A stretch of 64,000 nucleotides of DNA from Pseudothermotoga sp. (GTDB lineage Bacteria; Thermotogota; Thermotogae; Thermotogales; DSM-5069): the NCBI GenBank assembly GCA_031962025.1, contig JAVRKW010000005.1. One strand, given 5' to 3'. This document shows positions 28,701 through 39,964 of this stretch, one piece after another. Below the pieces are notes generated by a model that did no database searches, had not been told where the DNA came from, and saw nothing but the letters and a program-made list of their open reading frames with translations. The translations under genes and the position numbers were made by a program. Positions within the stretch are counted from its first letter, which is position 1. Every line of letters begins with the position of its first letter.

Positions 28701-30064
28701 AATTTTATCTGAATTTTGAAGGTGTAGCATCCACATTATATATTCTTCTCACACAGGGCGCAGTTTTCACAGGTCTTGCTTTGGCATTTGGACTTGATGA
28801 GTTTCTCATTGGTGTGAGTGCCGCTTTTCCAATGATCGCTCAGGCATTTCAGATAGTTTCACCTTTGATAATGAGAAAATTTCCAAAGCGCAGGTTTTTG
28901 ACCAATCTTTTTAACCTTCTTTCGAGATCTCCATGGATATTGCTCATGATACTTTTGCTCGTTCCAAACAGAAGTCCAGCCGTCTTTGTAACAGTTTTTG
29001 CCTTTTCCCAGATTTTTGGGACTCTTGCTGGAAACGCCTGGACATCGCTGGTTCGTGATTTGATACCAGAAGAAGAAAGAGGCACATTTTTTGGCAGAAG
29101 AAATATCTACATCTCTCTTGTGACACTGGTCGCTTTCTATGGCTACTCCCTGCTCATTGAGAAATTCCAGGATCCGCTGGGTTATGAAATCGTCATCGGT
29201 ATTGGCATGATCGGGATGCTTCTATCTCTCTGGGCTTTGAAAAAAGTGCCGGAAGTCCCTCTTAAAAGTTCTGGTGCCCTGATAGAAACAAAAGTAGTAT
29301 TTCAAGATTACAATTTCATGAGACTGTGTTTGTTCTATCTGATATGGAATGCAGTGATAGCATTTACTTCTCCTTTTTACAGCTATCATCTGCTGAAAAA
29401 TTTAAATGTACCTTTTTCGTACATAGGTATCACAACGGTTATTAACAGTCTTGTCGCAATGGCTTTCTACAACATTTGGGGTAAACTTTCAGACAAATAC
29501 GGTCATAAAACAGTGGCTGTCCTTGGAATAATCATGGCTTGTTATGTTTCACCTCTATGGATCTTTATGAATCAGTTCACTTGGAGATATATGATGATCG
29601 TCGATGTTGTCATGTCTGGTATTGCCTGGTCTGCCATAAACCTCACTTTTCTGACACTGCCAATGGAGGTAGCCCGCAGTTCTTCTCCGGCATACTTTGC
29701 CATGTACTCGATGTTTGGCGGTGTTGGCGGGCTGATCGGAGCAATAATAGGCGGAGCAACTGCTAAAGCATTATCTTCGGTGAAATTTTCAATTTTAGGG
29801 ATCCCCATAGTTGGAATACAGATAATGTTCTTCATGGCAAGTTTTATGAGAGCTTCCACTTTGAGATTCATATTGAAAGTGAAAACAAAAAGATATGTGC
29901 CGGTCAGACGACTCATAGTCAATGCCCTGTCTCATGTCTCTCGCAGTGAAATGCCAAGGATAAACGGTGCAGATATCTATGATTTGAACAGAATGATAAA
30001 GCGAAAGGTTGAGGAAATACAATCAGAGGAGGGGAAAAAATGGCGAGTGAAAAGATGGTGGTAA
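28697..30064 (+). CDS. MFS transporter
   Basis: About 12 TM segments; WGKLSDKYGHK motif A. Confidence 0.88.
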   Translation: MKFYLNFEGVASTLYILLTQGAVFTGLALAFGLDEFLIGVSAAFPMIAQAFQIVSPLIMRKFPKRRFLTNLFNLLSRSPWILLMILLLVPNRSPAVFVTVFAFSQIFGTLAGNAWTSLVRDLIPEEERGTFFGRRNIYISLVTLVAFYGYSLLIEKFQDPLGYEIVIGIGMIGMLLSLWALKKVPEVPLKSSGALIETKVVFQDYNFMRLCLFYLIWNAVIAFTSPFYSYHLLKNLNVPFSYIGITTVINSLVAMAFYNIWGKLSDKYGHKTVAVLGIIMACYVSPLWIFMNQFTWRYMMIVDVVMSGIAWSAINLTFLTLPMEVARSSSPAYFAMYSMFGGVGGLIGAIIGGATAKALSSVKFSILGIPIVGIQIMFFMASFMRASTLRFILKVKTKRYVPVRRLIVNALSHVSRSEMPRINGADIYDLNRMIKRKVEEIQSEEGKKWRVKRWW

Positions 30065-30447
30065 CACAGATAAAAGATTCAACTGTGATACTCAGCAGAG
30101 AAAGAACATCAATGTGCGGCAAGTGTCCAGCCAATATGTTCTGTACGGGAGAAAAACAGACGATAAATTTAGAGGTAGATAAAGCACAATTCGATCTCAA
30201 AATAGGAGACCAGGTACTGGTTAGAACACCCGCAACGAGCGGTATGAAAGTCGCTTTTTTAGTTTACACGGTACCAACTGTTATATTCATCGCTTGTCTT
30301 TTAATAGCAACGCGCTTTTTTTCGGAGATCGCATCTTTAGTGATATCACTTTCCGCCGTCACGGGCTATTATTTTTTACTCAGATTCTACGATAAAAAAT
30401 TCAGAAAAAAATTCCGTCCGCAGATCATCCAAATCGTTCGCGATTGA
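30040..30447 (+). CDS. RseC/MucC family protein
   Basis: RTSMCGKCPANMFC, LKIGDQV, AFLVYTVP and two TM helices. Confidence 0.8.
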   Translation: MASEKMVVTQIKDSTVILSRERTSMCGKCPANMFCTGEKQTINLEVDKAQFDLKIGDQVLVRTPATSGMKVAFLVYTVPTVIFIACLLIATRFFSEIASLVISLSAVTGYYFLLRFYDKKFRKKFRPQIIQIVRD

Positions 30448-30886
30448 GATTGAACAGATCTGTTAAATGTTTTTTCTCTTCATTTATAATAGTTTCAATG
30501 GTTTTTTTCTCATCACCGGCATATCGCAAAAGCTCAGAATAGAAAATAATGCTGTCTTTTTCGATGTTTATTGCCACCTCAAGTGCCTGCTTCAGGGTTA
30601 GGTCTTGCTTTGTTTTTTTCATGGCAGGAAAGATGGAAACTTCTGCGAGGCTTTTCAGATAACCACCGACTTCATCTTCAATCCAGCTGGAAACTGAAGC
30701 AGAATGCCTGGTTTGTTCTGCCAAATTCTTGAAAGTCTCTTGATGAACTCTTTCCTGTTCTGCCATCCGATTGAAGAATTCCTTTAGTTCTGAATTTTTC
30801 TGATCTTTTGCAAGATTGTTGTAGAACACATAACCATTTGCCTCGATCTGAACAGCGATTGAAACAAGATCGCCTATAGATACCAT
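30425..30886 (-). CDS. Rubrerythrin-like ferritin-fold diiron protein
   Basis: AVQIEANGYVFY...EQERVH and AINIEKDSIIFY...EEKKH paired ExxH motifs. Confidence 0.85.
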   Translation of the reverse strand: MVSIGDLVSIAVQIEANGYVFYNNLAKDQKNSELKEFFNRMAEQERVHQETFKNLAEQTRHSASVSSWIEDEVGGYLKSLAEVSIFPAMKKTKQDLTLKQALEVAINIEKDSIIFYSELLRYAGDEKKTIETIINEEKKHLTDLFNLNRERFG

Positions 30887-30903
30887 TTAGCCACCTCCTG
30901 TAT

Positions 30904-32073
30904 TTAGAATTCTATCATTTCTGTTTGCAATGAGCTGATACCTTCTAAAATTTCTTCTGGAGTAATCAACCTTCCACCGACTTTTGTCACAACCTTGACT
31001 CTCAAATTCTTTTTTGTCAATGACAGTACCTCTTTTGCATATTGACCCAGATTCATTTCTGCGAAGACCACTCCATCAACCTGCGCCAGAAGTTTTTTCA
31101 GTCTAACGGCGGCGACAGGCCAGATTGTTATGGGCCTGAAAAGTCCAACTTTGATCTTGTCCTGCCTTGCTATCTTGACAGCTTTCATAGCACTTCTTGC
31201 AACCGAACCATATGCCACAACCAAAATCTCAGCATCATCTGTCATGTATTCATCGTACATAGCTATTTGATCGGCATGGACTCGTATCTTGTTTGACAGA
31301 CGCCGAACCAGTTTATCGCTGATCTCAAAGCTCGCCTGTGGGAAACCAGATTCGTCATGTACAAGACCCGAAACGTGAAAACGAGCTTTTCCCATTTCAA
31401 CGAGTGGAGTCGGAGTTGGTTCCGCAAAGTCCTGCTCGGAAAACGGTGTGTAAATATCTTCCTCTGACAAATCACTTTCTGTCAACCTCGGGACTATTTT
31501 CACTTCCTTGTCATCGGGTAATTCGAAGGTTTCTCTCATGTGTCCCAGGACTTCATCCATCAGAAAGATGACCGGAGTACGGTAATACTCTGCGTAATTG
31601 AAAGCCTTTATGATGAGTCTGTAAGTTTCACCGACACTCCATGGATACAGAGCTATGATCTCATGATCTCCATGCGTACCCCATTTTGCCTGCATTATGT
31701 CGCCCTGAGCTGGCTGGGTGGGCAGTCCTGTGGAAGGTCCTCCTCGCATAACATTTACAAAAACACAGGGCGTTTCTGTCATAACAGCATAACCGATCGC
31801 TTCCTGCATCAAGCTGAATCCCGGTCCGCTTGTTGCCGTCATCGACTTGGCTCCGGCAAGGGAAGCACCTATAATAGCCGCGGCACTAGCTATTTCATCC
31901 TCCATTTGAATGAACACTCCACCTACTTTTGGTAGTTCTCTTGCCATTGTTTCGGCTATTTCCGAAGAAGGAGTTATCGGGTAACCTGCATAGAATCTAC
32001 ATCCACCTCTTATAGCTCCAAGTGCACATGCTTCATTTCCCTGCATCAAAACTCTCTCACCCATTTTCGACAC
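30904..32073 (-). CDS. korA: 2-oxoacid:ferredoxin oxidoreductase alpha subunit (KorA-like)
   Basis: [50 protein letters not shown]. Confidence 0.9.
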   Translation of the reverse strand: MSKMGERVLMQGNEACALGAIRGGCRFYAGYPITPSSEIAETMARELPKVGGVFIQMEDEIASAAAIIGASLAGAKSMTATSGPGFSLMQEAIGYAVMTETPCVFVNVMRGGPSTGLPTQPAQGDIMQAKWGTHGDHEIIALYPWSVGETYRLIIKAFNYAEYYRTPVIFLMDEVLGHMRETFELPDDKEVKIVPRLTESDLSEEDIYTPFSEQDFAEPTPTPLVEMGKARFHVSGLVHDESGFPQASFEISDKLVRRLSNKIRVHADQIAMYDEYMTDDAEILVVAYGSVARSAMKAVKIARQDKIKVGLFRPITIWPVAAVRLKKLLAQVDGVVFAEMNLGQYAKEVLSLTKKNLRVKVVTKVGGRLITPEEILEGISSLQTEMIEF

Positions 32074-32284
32074 TCTCCCGTACAGGTTGTTTTTCCTCTA
32101 TGACGATGGCAAAATCCGGACAGAGATTTTCACACATCAAACAACCAATACACTTAGATGCGTCTACAACAACGGGTTTTAACAATTCACCTTTTCCAAT
32201 TGCTCCCGTTGGACAAAAGTGATAGCATATACCACATTTTTTGCACCATGAATAATTTATCTTCACGTCGTACTGTTTTTTCAT
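32057..32284 (-). CDS. 2x[4Fe-4S] ferredoxin-like delta subunit (KorD-like)
   Basis: [12 protein letters not shown] and [16 protein letters not shown]. Confidence 0.9.
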   Translation of the reverse strand: MKKQYDVKINYSWCKKCGICYHFCPTGAIGKGELLKPVVVDASKCIGCLMCENLCPDFAIVIEEKQPVRESVENG

Positions 32285-32297
32285 CGTTAAAACCTCC

Positions 32298-33416
32298 CTA
32301 TTTAATCAAAGACAGGAACACACCGGCTGCAACGGCCGAACCAACAACACCTGCAACATTCGGACTCATTGCATGCATGAGTATGAAATTGGTTGGATCA
32401 ACTTCCTGTGCCAGTTTTTGTGCAACTCTTGCAGAATCTGGTACGGCTGAAACCCCGGCTGCTCCAATCAATGGATTTATTTTTTGCTTCAAAAACAGAT
32501 TCATGAATTTGGCAAAGAGAATACCACCAGCTAAGGAACATATAAAAGCAAACGCACCAAGACCGAAGATCATCAAGCTCTGTGGTCTTAGGAAAACATC
32601 TGCACGTGCAGAAGCACCAACACAAACCATGAGAATAATCGTCACTGTGTCGAGTATGTATCTACTCGCTGCCTCAACAAGCCTTTTCACATTTCCAGCC
32701 TCTCTTAAAATGTTGCCAAGCATCAGCATACCAACCAGCGATAGCGATTGTGGCACAAGAATAGCAGAAACTACCGTGACAATTATCGGAAAGAGTATTC
32801 GTTCTGTTTTGGAAACTTTTCTCGGTGGACCCATTCTTATTTTTCTTTCTTCTTTCGTTGTGAGGATCTTTGACACAATCGGTTGCAGGATGGGTATCAA
32901 TGCAATATAAGAATATGCAGCAATCGCGATCGCCGAAAGAAGTTCCGGAGAAAAGCGGCTCGATATGTATATGGAAGTGGGGCCATCTGCTCCTCCAATA
33001 ACTCCTATCGATGCTGCCTGCTTCATGCTAAAGCCAAAAAACCTTGCAAGAACGAATGTTATGAAAATTCCAATTTGAGCGGCGCCGCCCAGAAATATAG
33101 TTATTGGATAGGAAATCATGAATGAAAAATCTGTAAGAGCGCCTATACCAAGGAATATCAGAGGAGGATATATACCTTTTATGACTCCTATGTTCAGGTA
33201 CCAGAGCAATCCTCCTTCGTCGAGTAAGCAGGTAAGTTGCGGTGGAATATTACCGAGTATTATCCCAAAAGCGATCGGAATCAGCAGCAACGGTTCTGCA
33301 TCTTTTTTTATTCCTACATACAGCAATGCAAGTGCGACAAAGTACATAATGATATTTCCCATGGTGATATAACCAAATGCCGATTGTTTGAAAAAAGCCG
33401 TCAAACCTTCCAACAT
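32298..33416 (-). CDS. oadB: Na+-translocating decarboxylase beta subunit
   Basis: [52 protein letters not shown]. Confidence 0.92.
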   Translation of the reverse strand: MLEGLTAFFKQSAFGYITMGNIIMYFVALALLYVGIKKDAEPLLLIPIAFGIILGNIPPQLTCLLDEGGLLWYLNIGVIKGIYPPLIFLGIGALTDFSFMISYPITIFLGGAAQIGIFITFVLARFFGFSMKQAASIGVIGGADGPTSIYISSRFSPELLSAIAIAAYSYIALIPILQPIVSKILTTKEERKIRMGPPRKVSKTERILFPIIVTVVSAILVPQSLSLVGMLMLGNILREAGNVKRLVEAASRYILDTVTIILMVCVGASARADVFLRPQSLMIFGLGAFAFICSLAGGILFAKFMNLFLKQKINPLIGAAGVSAVPDSARVAQKLAQEVDPTNFILMHAMSPNVAGVVGSAVAAGVFLSLIK

Positions 33417-33431
33417 TCTATGACCTCCTGC

Positions 33432-35078
33432 TCAATCTATCATAGGATAGCGTAAATTTTTTTCCCTGGCTGTTTCAAGTGCAATTTCATAACCGGCATC
33501 CAGATGTCTGATGACTCCTATGCCAGAATCGTTCGTCAAAACCCTCTCAAGTTTTCGATGTGCCAGATCAGTGCCATCGGCAACTACTACCATACCTGCG
33601 TGGATCGAATAACCTATTCCAACACCTCCCCCGTGGTGAACAGATACCCATGTAGCACCACTTGAGGTGTTCAGCAAAGCGTTCAATATGGGCCAATCAG
33701 CTATGGCATCGCTACCGTCTTTCATGGCTTCCGTTTCTCTATAAGGTGATGCGACAGATCCTGTATCGTGATGATCTCTACCTATCACAATGGGCGCTTT
33801 TAACACACCCTTCTTAACCATATCATTCATGGCAAGCCCCATTAAAGTTCTTTCACCCTGACCAAGCCAGCAGATTCGTGCAGGTAAACCCTGCCAGTGA
33901 ACCTTTTTCTGAGCCATTTCAATCCATTTTCTCAGATGATCGTCCTTGCCAAACAGCTCAATCACCTTTTTGTCTGTTTCATAAATATCCTGTGGATCTC
34001 CAGAGAGTGCCACCCATCTGAACGGACCACTTCCTTTTGCAAAAAGATACCTGATGTACTCTGGAACATATCCAGGTATCTCAAAAGCATTTTGAACACC
34101 ATGGTCGTATGCCAACCTGCGAATGTTGTTTCCATACTCAAAAACTTTTGCACCTTGTTTTTTCATCTCTAAAATGGCATTGACATGTTCAGTGACCGAG
34201 TCGTAAACTCTTTGAAGGTATTCTTGGGGATTTTCTTTTCTGAGTTGGGCAGCTTCATCGACAGTAAGCCCCTTTGGTATATAACCATTGAGGGGATCAT
34301 GGGCTGCGGTTTGATCTGTGACAACATCGGGTATGATTCCCATCTCAACGAGTTTTGGATGAACTTCTGCAGCATTGGCAAGCAGAGCCACAGAAAGCGG
34401 CTTTTTCGATTTCTTTGCCTGTTCAACCAGATTCAGTGCCTCTGACAGATCATCTGTCCAGGTATCAAGATACCCTTTTTCCAATCTTCGGTCGATCATT
34501 CTCTTATCTACTTCCACTGCAAGCACAACACCATCGTTCATTGTAACTGCAAGCGGTTGAGCTCCACCCATTTCGCCAAGTCCAGCGGTCAGAACAAATT
34601 TGCCAGCCAGAGTTCCGTTGAAATATTTTTTCGCAACCGCATAGAATGTTTCGTAGGTACCCTGAAGAATCCCTTGAGTGCCTATGTAAATCCAGCTTCC
34701 TGCGGTCATCTGCCCGAACATGATCAATCCACGTTGTTCAAGCTCCCTGAAGTATTCCCAGTTTGCCCATTTGGGCACCAACAATGAATTTGCTATTAAT
34801 ACCCTTGGAGCCCATTCGTGAGTTTTGAAGACCGCCACGGGTTTTCCACTTTGAACAAGCAGTGTTTCATCGCACTCGAGTTCTTTCAGCGTTTGGACGA
34901 TTTTATCAAAACACTCCCAATTTCTCGCAGCCTTTCCCGTTCCCCCATAGACAATGAGATTAGCCGGATCTCTTGCGACTTCAGGGTCCAGGTTATTCAT
35001 GAGCATTCTCATCGCCGCCTCAGTTTGCCAGCTTTTGCATGTTAAAACCGTACCTCTTGGAGCCCTGATCGTTCTCAT
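33432..35078 (-). CDS. hutU: Urocanate hydratase
   Basis: [44 protein letters not shown]. Confidence 0.97.
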   Translation of the reverse strand: MRTIRAPRGTVLTCKSWQTEAAMRMLMNNLDPEVARDPANLIVYGGTGKAARNWECFDKIVQTLKELECDETLLVQSGKPVAVFKTHEWAPRVLIANSLLVPKWANWEYFRELEQRGLIMFGQMTAGSWIYIGTQGILQGTYETFYAVAKKYFNGTLAGKFVLTAGLGEMGGAQPLAVTMNDGVVLAVEVDKRMIDRRLEKGYLDTWTDDLSEALNLVEQAKKSKKPLSVALLANAAEVHPKLVEMGIIPDVVTDQTAAHDPLNGYIPKGLTVDEAAQLRKENPQEYLQRVYDSVTEHVNAILEMKKQGAKVFEYGNNIRRLAYDHGVQNAFEIPGYVPEYIRYLFAKGSGPFRWVALSGDPQDIYETDKKVIELFGKDDHLRKWIEMAQKKVHWQGLPARICWLGQGERTLMGLAMNDMVKKGVLKAPIVIGRDHHDTGSVASPYRETEAMKDGSDAIADWPILNALLNTSSGATWVSVHHGGGVGIGYSIHAGMVVVADGTDLAHRKLERVLTNDSGIGVIRHLDAGYEIALETAREKNLRYPMID

Positions 35079-35155
35079 AAAGGTTGAACCTCCTTTCTTT
35101 TCTCCCAGGATTATTGTATCATTTTCATGGTATTTTTTTGTATGGGAGGAGAAAG

Positions 35156-35998
35156 ATGAAAATATTACTGGTAGATTCAGATGATATCAAAAAAAAGCTG
35201 GTCGAACAGCTATTCATTGCAAACACAGTCGCTGATGATTTTGTCAAAAAACAGATCGAGCAATACGAAGGACCGTTCAGCGATGTCTTAAAGAAAAACA
35301 TCATAGTTGCTCAAAAAACAGGCTTACCACTTTGTCAGGATACCGGTATGGTCGAGTTTTTTGTTTTTACGGCGCATAACATTGTATTCACACAGCCTGT
35401 TGAAGAAATCCTCAATGAAGCTGTGAAACAGACTTACATGGAACATCCTTTTAGGTATTCTGTTGTGAAAGACCCTGTCTTTGAAAGAAAGAATACCTTC
35501 GACAACACTCCAGTTGTCGTGCACACCTTTATAACAAAAAGAGAAAATGTCCAGGTACGTTTTCTTGTAAAAGGTGGTGGAAGTGAAAATCTGACAAGAT
35601 TATTCATGCTCAATCCATCTACCAGAGTTGATGAAATAGTCGACTTAGTTGTGAACCACGTGAAAGAACACGGTGCCAAGGGTTGTCCACCTTTGAATGT
35701 AGGAATAGGAGTCGGAGGAAGTTCTGACAAAGCCATGGTTCTATCAAAACTGGCTCTAACCAGAGTCGAACAAAACCATGATCCACGTTATGCAGAGCTT
35801 GAAAGAACAATTCTTGAGAAACTCAACCAACTGAAGATAGGCTTTCAGGGATTGTCCCAAGGAATTACAGCTTACTCAGTACACATAGAGCATGCTCCAA
35901 CGCATATAGCAAATCTACCCGTTGCGGTTTCCTTTGATTGCTATCTGTGCAGGAGAGGAGTTATAGATGTTGAACCTAAAAGAATTGAGGATATCTGA
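35156..35998 (+). CDS. Class I Fe-S fumarate hydratase/tartrate dehydratase, alpha subunit
   Basis: [29 protein letters not shown]-terminal Cys; ATG 35156 with GGAGG RBS. Confidence 0.9.
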   Translation: MKILLVDSDDIKKKLVEQLFIANTVADDFVKKQIEQYEGPFSDVLKKNIIVAQKTGLPLCQDTGMVEFFVFTAHNIVFTQPVEEILNEAVKQTYMEHPFRYSVVKDPVFERKNTFDNTPVVVHTFITKRENVQVRFLVKGGGSENLTRLFMLNPSTRVDEIVDLVVNHVKEHGAKGCPPLNVGIGVGGSSDKAMVLSKLALTRVEQNHDPRYAELERTILEKLNQLKIGFQGLSQGITAYSVHIEHAPTHIANLPVAVSFDCYLCRRGVIDVEPKRIEDI

Positions 35999-36455
35999 AA
36001 GAATCAATTACTCAGGTACGTTTTTGATCATGAGAGACGCCGCACAAAAAAGAATTCAGAATCTGGTTGAACAGAAAAAACCCCTGCCTTTTGAGTTATC
36101 AAATCAAATAGTTTTCTATGCAGGTCCAACAAAACCACTGAATGAAAAAGTCGCGATTGGTCCAACAACCAGTGAGAGAATGGATCGCTATTTAAAGATG
36201 CTCTTTGAACTGGGAGTGCTTGCAACTGTTGGCAAGGGTAAAAGGAGTGAGCTTGCAAAAAATCTCTGTCAACAATACCAGAGGGTGTACTTTGTTGCTC
36301 CAAGTGGTGCGGCAGCTGCACTATCTGAACATATAAGTAAAATAGAGCTACTGGCTTTTGAAGATCTCGGTCCTGAAGCAGTTTACAGATTAGAAGTTGT
36401 AGATTTTCCATTGATAGTGGCAATAGATTCACACGGTAATAGTCTGTTCACGTGA
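35967..36455 (+). CDS. Class I Fe-S fumarate hydratase, beta subunit
   Basis: [39 protein letters not shown]. Confidence 0.9.
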   Translation: MLNLKELRISERINYSGTFLIMRDAAQKRIQNLVEQKKPLPFELSNQIVFYAGPTKPLNEKVAIGPTTSERMDRYLKMLFELGVLATVGKGKRSELAKNLCQQYQRVYFVAPSGAAAALSEHISKIELLAFEDLGPEAVYRLEVVDFPLIVAIDSHGNSLFT

Positions 36456-36519
36456 AATTTATCTTGTAGGAATATATTTTTGTAGTGAACAACTCTATTC
36501 ATTTTTTTACAAGGAGGAT

Positions 36520-38022
36520 GTGGTAATGACCTACGCAGGAATTTTCACAGGAATCTGTGCTCTTGTTTTCTGGTTTGGGAAATTACCTTATTGGCACATC
36601 GTTACTCCCTTGTCGATGATTTTCATGCTAATGGTACTCACATTGAAGATATTTTCTGCCAAAAATACATCAACAGTTCAGAGTACCAGCGAGGATAAAG
36701 ATACTGTCAACTTTTTCAGGGAACTTTTTGTATCTTCTCGTGGTCTTCGCGATGATGCAGAAAATCTGACGAATATATCCAAACAGATGAATGAAATGTC
36801 TGAATTAACCACAAATAGAGTCAAGAAAATTTCCGAGTTGATCCAGTCCTTAACCGCGGCTCTTGAAGAGACTTCTTCCAGTACAAGTGAGATAGCGAAT
36901 TTTGCCAGAGTTATAGGGCAGAATTCCGAGAAAATGCGGGAAAAGTTCGAACAAATAGAAAAGGACGTATCGGAATTGAGAGAACGAATGAATGCCCTGT
37001 CGAATGAAAATCTCTTTGCGAAAAACAGGTTATCCGATTTAGTGCAGACTATGAACAACTTGTCAGAGGTATCAAGTGGTATTAGACAGATGATTCAGAC
37101 CATCCAGCAGATATCCGAACAAACAAATCTCTTAGCTTTGAATGCCGCAATAGAAGCGGCGCGTGCTGGCGAACACGGAAGAGGTTTTGCCGTAGTTGCA
37201 GATGAGGTGAGAAAGCTTGCCGAGCAGTCACAGATCTCAGCACAGCAAATTTCTGTTCAGATCTCAACCATTGAGTCCGCTATCAGAGATTCCATAGAAA
37301 AGAGTGCAGCAGTAGCGGAATCTGTTCAGAAAACCATCAAATCAAACGAGGATTTTGCAAACAATCTTGTTTCACTGAAAGATACAGTAGGTCATTTCAA
37401 AAAAGTGATCGACGATATCATTTCTTCTATAAACTCTCAGATACATTCAACGCAGGAGATAGAGTCAGCCGTAAATGCCAATGCAAATACAGCTAGTGAT
37501 ATTCTCAATTTTGCAGAAGAGACAGATAAAACCATTCGATCGCTCAACAGCATCTCTCAGGATCTTCTGAAAAGTGGGCAGATTTTGCTAATAAAATCAC
37601 TGAAGCTGAGCAGTCTAACCGGTGCAAGAAAATGGCTGACTGAACAGCTCAATGATTTAGCCAGATTGATATCACTTCCCGAATGTCAAAGGCTGGACTG
37701 GCAGGGATTTGAACCATACGCAAAAGAATTTCTAAAAACAAAGGGCGATGTCTATGAAGCACTGTTTATAGCAGATTCTGAGGGAAATTTCATAACCACC
37801 ACAGGCACAAAGGGCACCATATCTGATAGAGCGTATTTCAAATATATAAAACAGAACAGAGTCGACTGGACGATTTCTGACCCTATCCAATCTAGAGCAA
37901 CCGGCAACATGGTGTTGACTGTAGCCTTTGCAATAAGAGATGGAGAGGTTTTCAAGGGCGTAGCCGGTGCCAATCTAATTTTGAATCGGCTTGAACGGCA
38001 GATAGAGCACGAGAAAATCTGA
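36520..38022 (+). CDS. Methyl-accepting chemotaxis protein with a C-terminal Cache-like domain
   Basis: Two adjacent N-terminal TMs; [39 protein letters not shown]-terminal SDRAYFK...[11 protein letters not shown]...GVAG. Confidence 0.9.
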   Translation: MVMTYAGIFTGICALVFWFGKLPYWHIVTPLSMIFMLMVLTLKIFSAKNTSTVQSTSEDKDTVNFFRELFVSSRGLRDDAENLTNISKQMNEMSELTTNRVKKISELIQSLTAALEETSSSTSEIANFARVIGQNSEKMREKFEQIEKDVSELRERMNALSNENLFAKNRLSDLVQTMNNLSEVSSGIRQMIQTIQQISEQTNLLALNAAIEAARAGEHGRGFAVVADEVRKLAEQSQISAQQISVQISTIESAIRDSIEKSAAVAESVQKTIKSNEDFANNLVSLKDTVGHFKKVIDDIISSINSQIHSTQEIESAVNANANTASDILNFAEETDKTIRSLNSISQDLLKSGQILLIKSLKLSSLTGARKWLTEQLNDLARLISLPECQRLDWQGFEPYAKEFLKTKGDVYEALFIADSEGNFITTTGTKGTISDRAYFKYIKQNRVDWTISDPIQSRATGNMVLTVAFAIRDGEVFKGVAGANLILNRLERQIEHEKI

Positions 38023-38026
38023 CAGT

Positions 38027-38986
38027 TCAACTGCAGAAGTGGCATTTGCAATAATGTCCTGGTGAAATCTCAATCAGATCCGGTTCTTTTTGCTGACAGA
38101 TCTTCTGTGCCTTTGGACATCTTGTATGAAAAACACATCCACTCGGTGGTTTGGCAGGATTGGGTATTTCACCGCGTGGCACAGAGCGAATCTTTCGTCC
38201 TGTTCCAACACTCGGCACGCAATCGAGCAAAGCCATCGTGTAAGGGTGAGATGCTTTTTGAAAGATATCATCCTTTGTACCAAGTTCCATGATTTTGCCA
38301 AGGTACATCACTGCAACGTGCGTAGCCATATAGTCAACTACAGCTAAATTGTGTGTGATAAACAAATAGGTGAGCGAAAATTTTTCTCTCAACTCTTTGA
38401 GTAACGCCAGTACTCTCGCCTGGACAGAAACATCCAGAGCCGAGGTTGGTTCATCCAGAACCACGAACTTTGGTCTCAAAACAAGTGCACGTGCTATGGC
38501 AATTCTCTGCCTCTGACCACCAGAAAACTCGTGGGGGTATCTGAACATATGTTCTTCTCTGAGCCCGACCATTTCTAAGATTTCTTTTATTCTCAGATAT
38601 ATTTCATCTGATCTCAGTTTCAAGTGTATTTTCAAGCCCTCACCTATTATATCTTTCACAAGTTTTCTTGGATGAAGTGAGTTGTATGGATCTTGCTGAA
38701 CTATCTGCATCTGTCTACGATATTGAAGCATTTCCTTGCCGGACAATCTGGTTATGTCTTTGCCGTCGTAGAATAAACTACCAGAGGTTGGTTCGATCAA
38801 TTTGAGAAGAGTTCGACCAAGTGTACTTTTACCGGATCCAGATTCTCCTACCACGGCATAGATAGAACCTTTTGGAATTTGAAAGGTGACATCATCAACG
38901 GCTTTGACATAAACAGGTCTGGAGAACATCGATTTTCTTATTTCAAAATATTTTTTGAGATTTTTTACATCTATAAGCACTTCCAT
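38027..38986 (-). CDS. Oligopeptide/dipeptide ABC transporter ATPase (OppF/DppF)
   Basis: GESGSGKS, FSGGQRQR, LDEPT, HPYT, GCVFHTRCP. Confidence 0.95.
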   Translation of the reverse strand: MEVLIDVKNLKKYFEIRKSMFSRPVYVKAVDDVTFQIPKGSIYAVVGESGSGKSTLGRTLLKLIEPTSGSLFYDGKDITRLSGKEMLQYRRQMQIVQQDPYNSLHPRKLVKDIIGEGLKIHLKLRSDEIYLRIKEILEMVGLREEHMFRYPHEFSGGQRQRIAIARALVLRPKFVVLDEPTSALDVSVQARVLALLKELREKFSLTYLFITHNLAVVDYMATHVAVMYLGKIMELGTKDDIFQKASHPYTMALLDCVPSVGTGRKIRSVPRGEIPNPAKPPSGCVFHTRCPKAQKICQQKEPDLIEISPGHYCKCHFCS

Positions 38987-38998
38987 AGCGAAAGCCTC

Positions 38999-39961
38999 CT
39001 AATGATATAGATGACAAGCCACATAATGATTTGCTTTCACCTCAAAAAGCCCTGGAAGTTCAGCGTAACATTTATCGAAGGCGTGTTTACATCTTGGATG
39101 GAAACGACAACCAGATGGTGGATCAACTAAATCTGGAACAACTCCTGGTATTCCGACAAGTTCTTTGCTCTTACCTATGATTGGAATAGATTCAATTAAC
39201 CCTTTCGTATAAGGGTGTAGAGGTTTATCGAATATTTCACCACTGGATGCAACTTCTATGACATTACCGGCATACATCACTGCAACTCTATCACAGAATT
39301 CCGAAGCGATCCCAAGATCGTGGGTAATGAGAATCACGGCATTTTTTCCCACCGTCACCAGTTTATCGAGTAATTCAAGTATCTGAGCCTGAATAGTCAC
39401 ATCAAGAGCAGAAGTTGGCTCATCAGCTATCAACAACTTTGGTTTTACGGCGAGCGCCATGGCTATCATGACTCTCTGAGCCATTCCACCGCTCAATTCG
39501 TGTGCATACAGATCTTCTGTTCTCTGCCAGTCCAACCCTACCATTTCAAGTGCTTCCCTGACCTGCGCGTGTGCATCTTTTACCGCTATTCCCTGACTAT
39601 GTGCGATTGTTTCGGCTATCTGAAAACCAACTTTGAATACAGGATTCAAAGCTGCCACTGGTTCTTGAAAAATCATGGAAATCTGCTTGCCTCTGATTTT
39701 GTCCATCTCATCCTCACTGAGCTTTAAAAGGTCTTTATCGCCGAACAAAATCGACCCATCGATTATTTCCCCTGGCTGTTCGATGAGTCTCATGATAGAC
39801 AGGGCGGTAACAGACTTCCCGCAGCCTGTTTCACCTACTATTCCCAAACGTTCTTCTTCGTTCAGCCAGAGCTCTACACCGTTCAGAGCTTTTATAGTTC
39901 CTCTATAAGTGTGAAAAATCACGCGAAGCTTGCTGATGTTTAGAAGAGACCCACGGTTCAT
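38999..39961 (-). CDS. Oligopeptide/dipeptide ABC transporter ATPase (OppD/DppD)
   Basis: GETGCGKS, LSGGMAQR, IADEPT, GCRFHPRC. Confidence 0.95.
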   Translation of the reverse strand: MNRGSLLNISKLRVIFHTYRGTIKALNGVELWLNEEERLGIVGETGCGKSVTALSIMRLIEQPGEIIDGSILFGDKDLLKLSEDEMDKIRGKQISMIFQEPVAALNPVFKVGFQIAETIAHSQGIAVKDAHAQVREALEMVGLDWQRTEDLYAHELSGGMAQRVMIAMALAVKPKLLIADEPTSALDVTIQAQILELLDKLVTVGKNAVILITHDLGIASEFCDRVAVMYAGNVIEVASSGEIFDKPLHPYTKGLIESIPIIGKSKELVGIPGVVPDLVDPPSGCRFHPRCKHAFDKCYAELPGLFEVKANHYVACHLYH

Positions 39962-39964
39962 AAT

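Noticed and set aside
32158..32910. 250-aa plus-strand ORF and other long antisense ORFs (24483-25085, 45937-46662, 50639-51253)
   Set aside because: They are shadows of well-supported genes on the opposite strand, with no recognisable motifs
35084..35155. N-terminal extension of the fumarase alpha ORF
   Set aside because: It covers the hutU/fumarase divergent promoter region; the RBS supports ATG 35156
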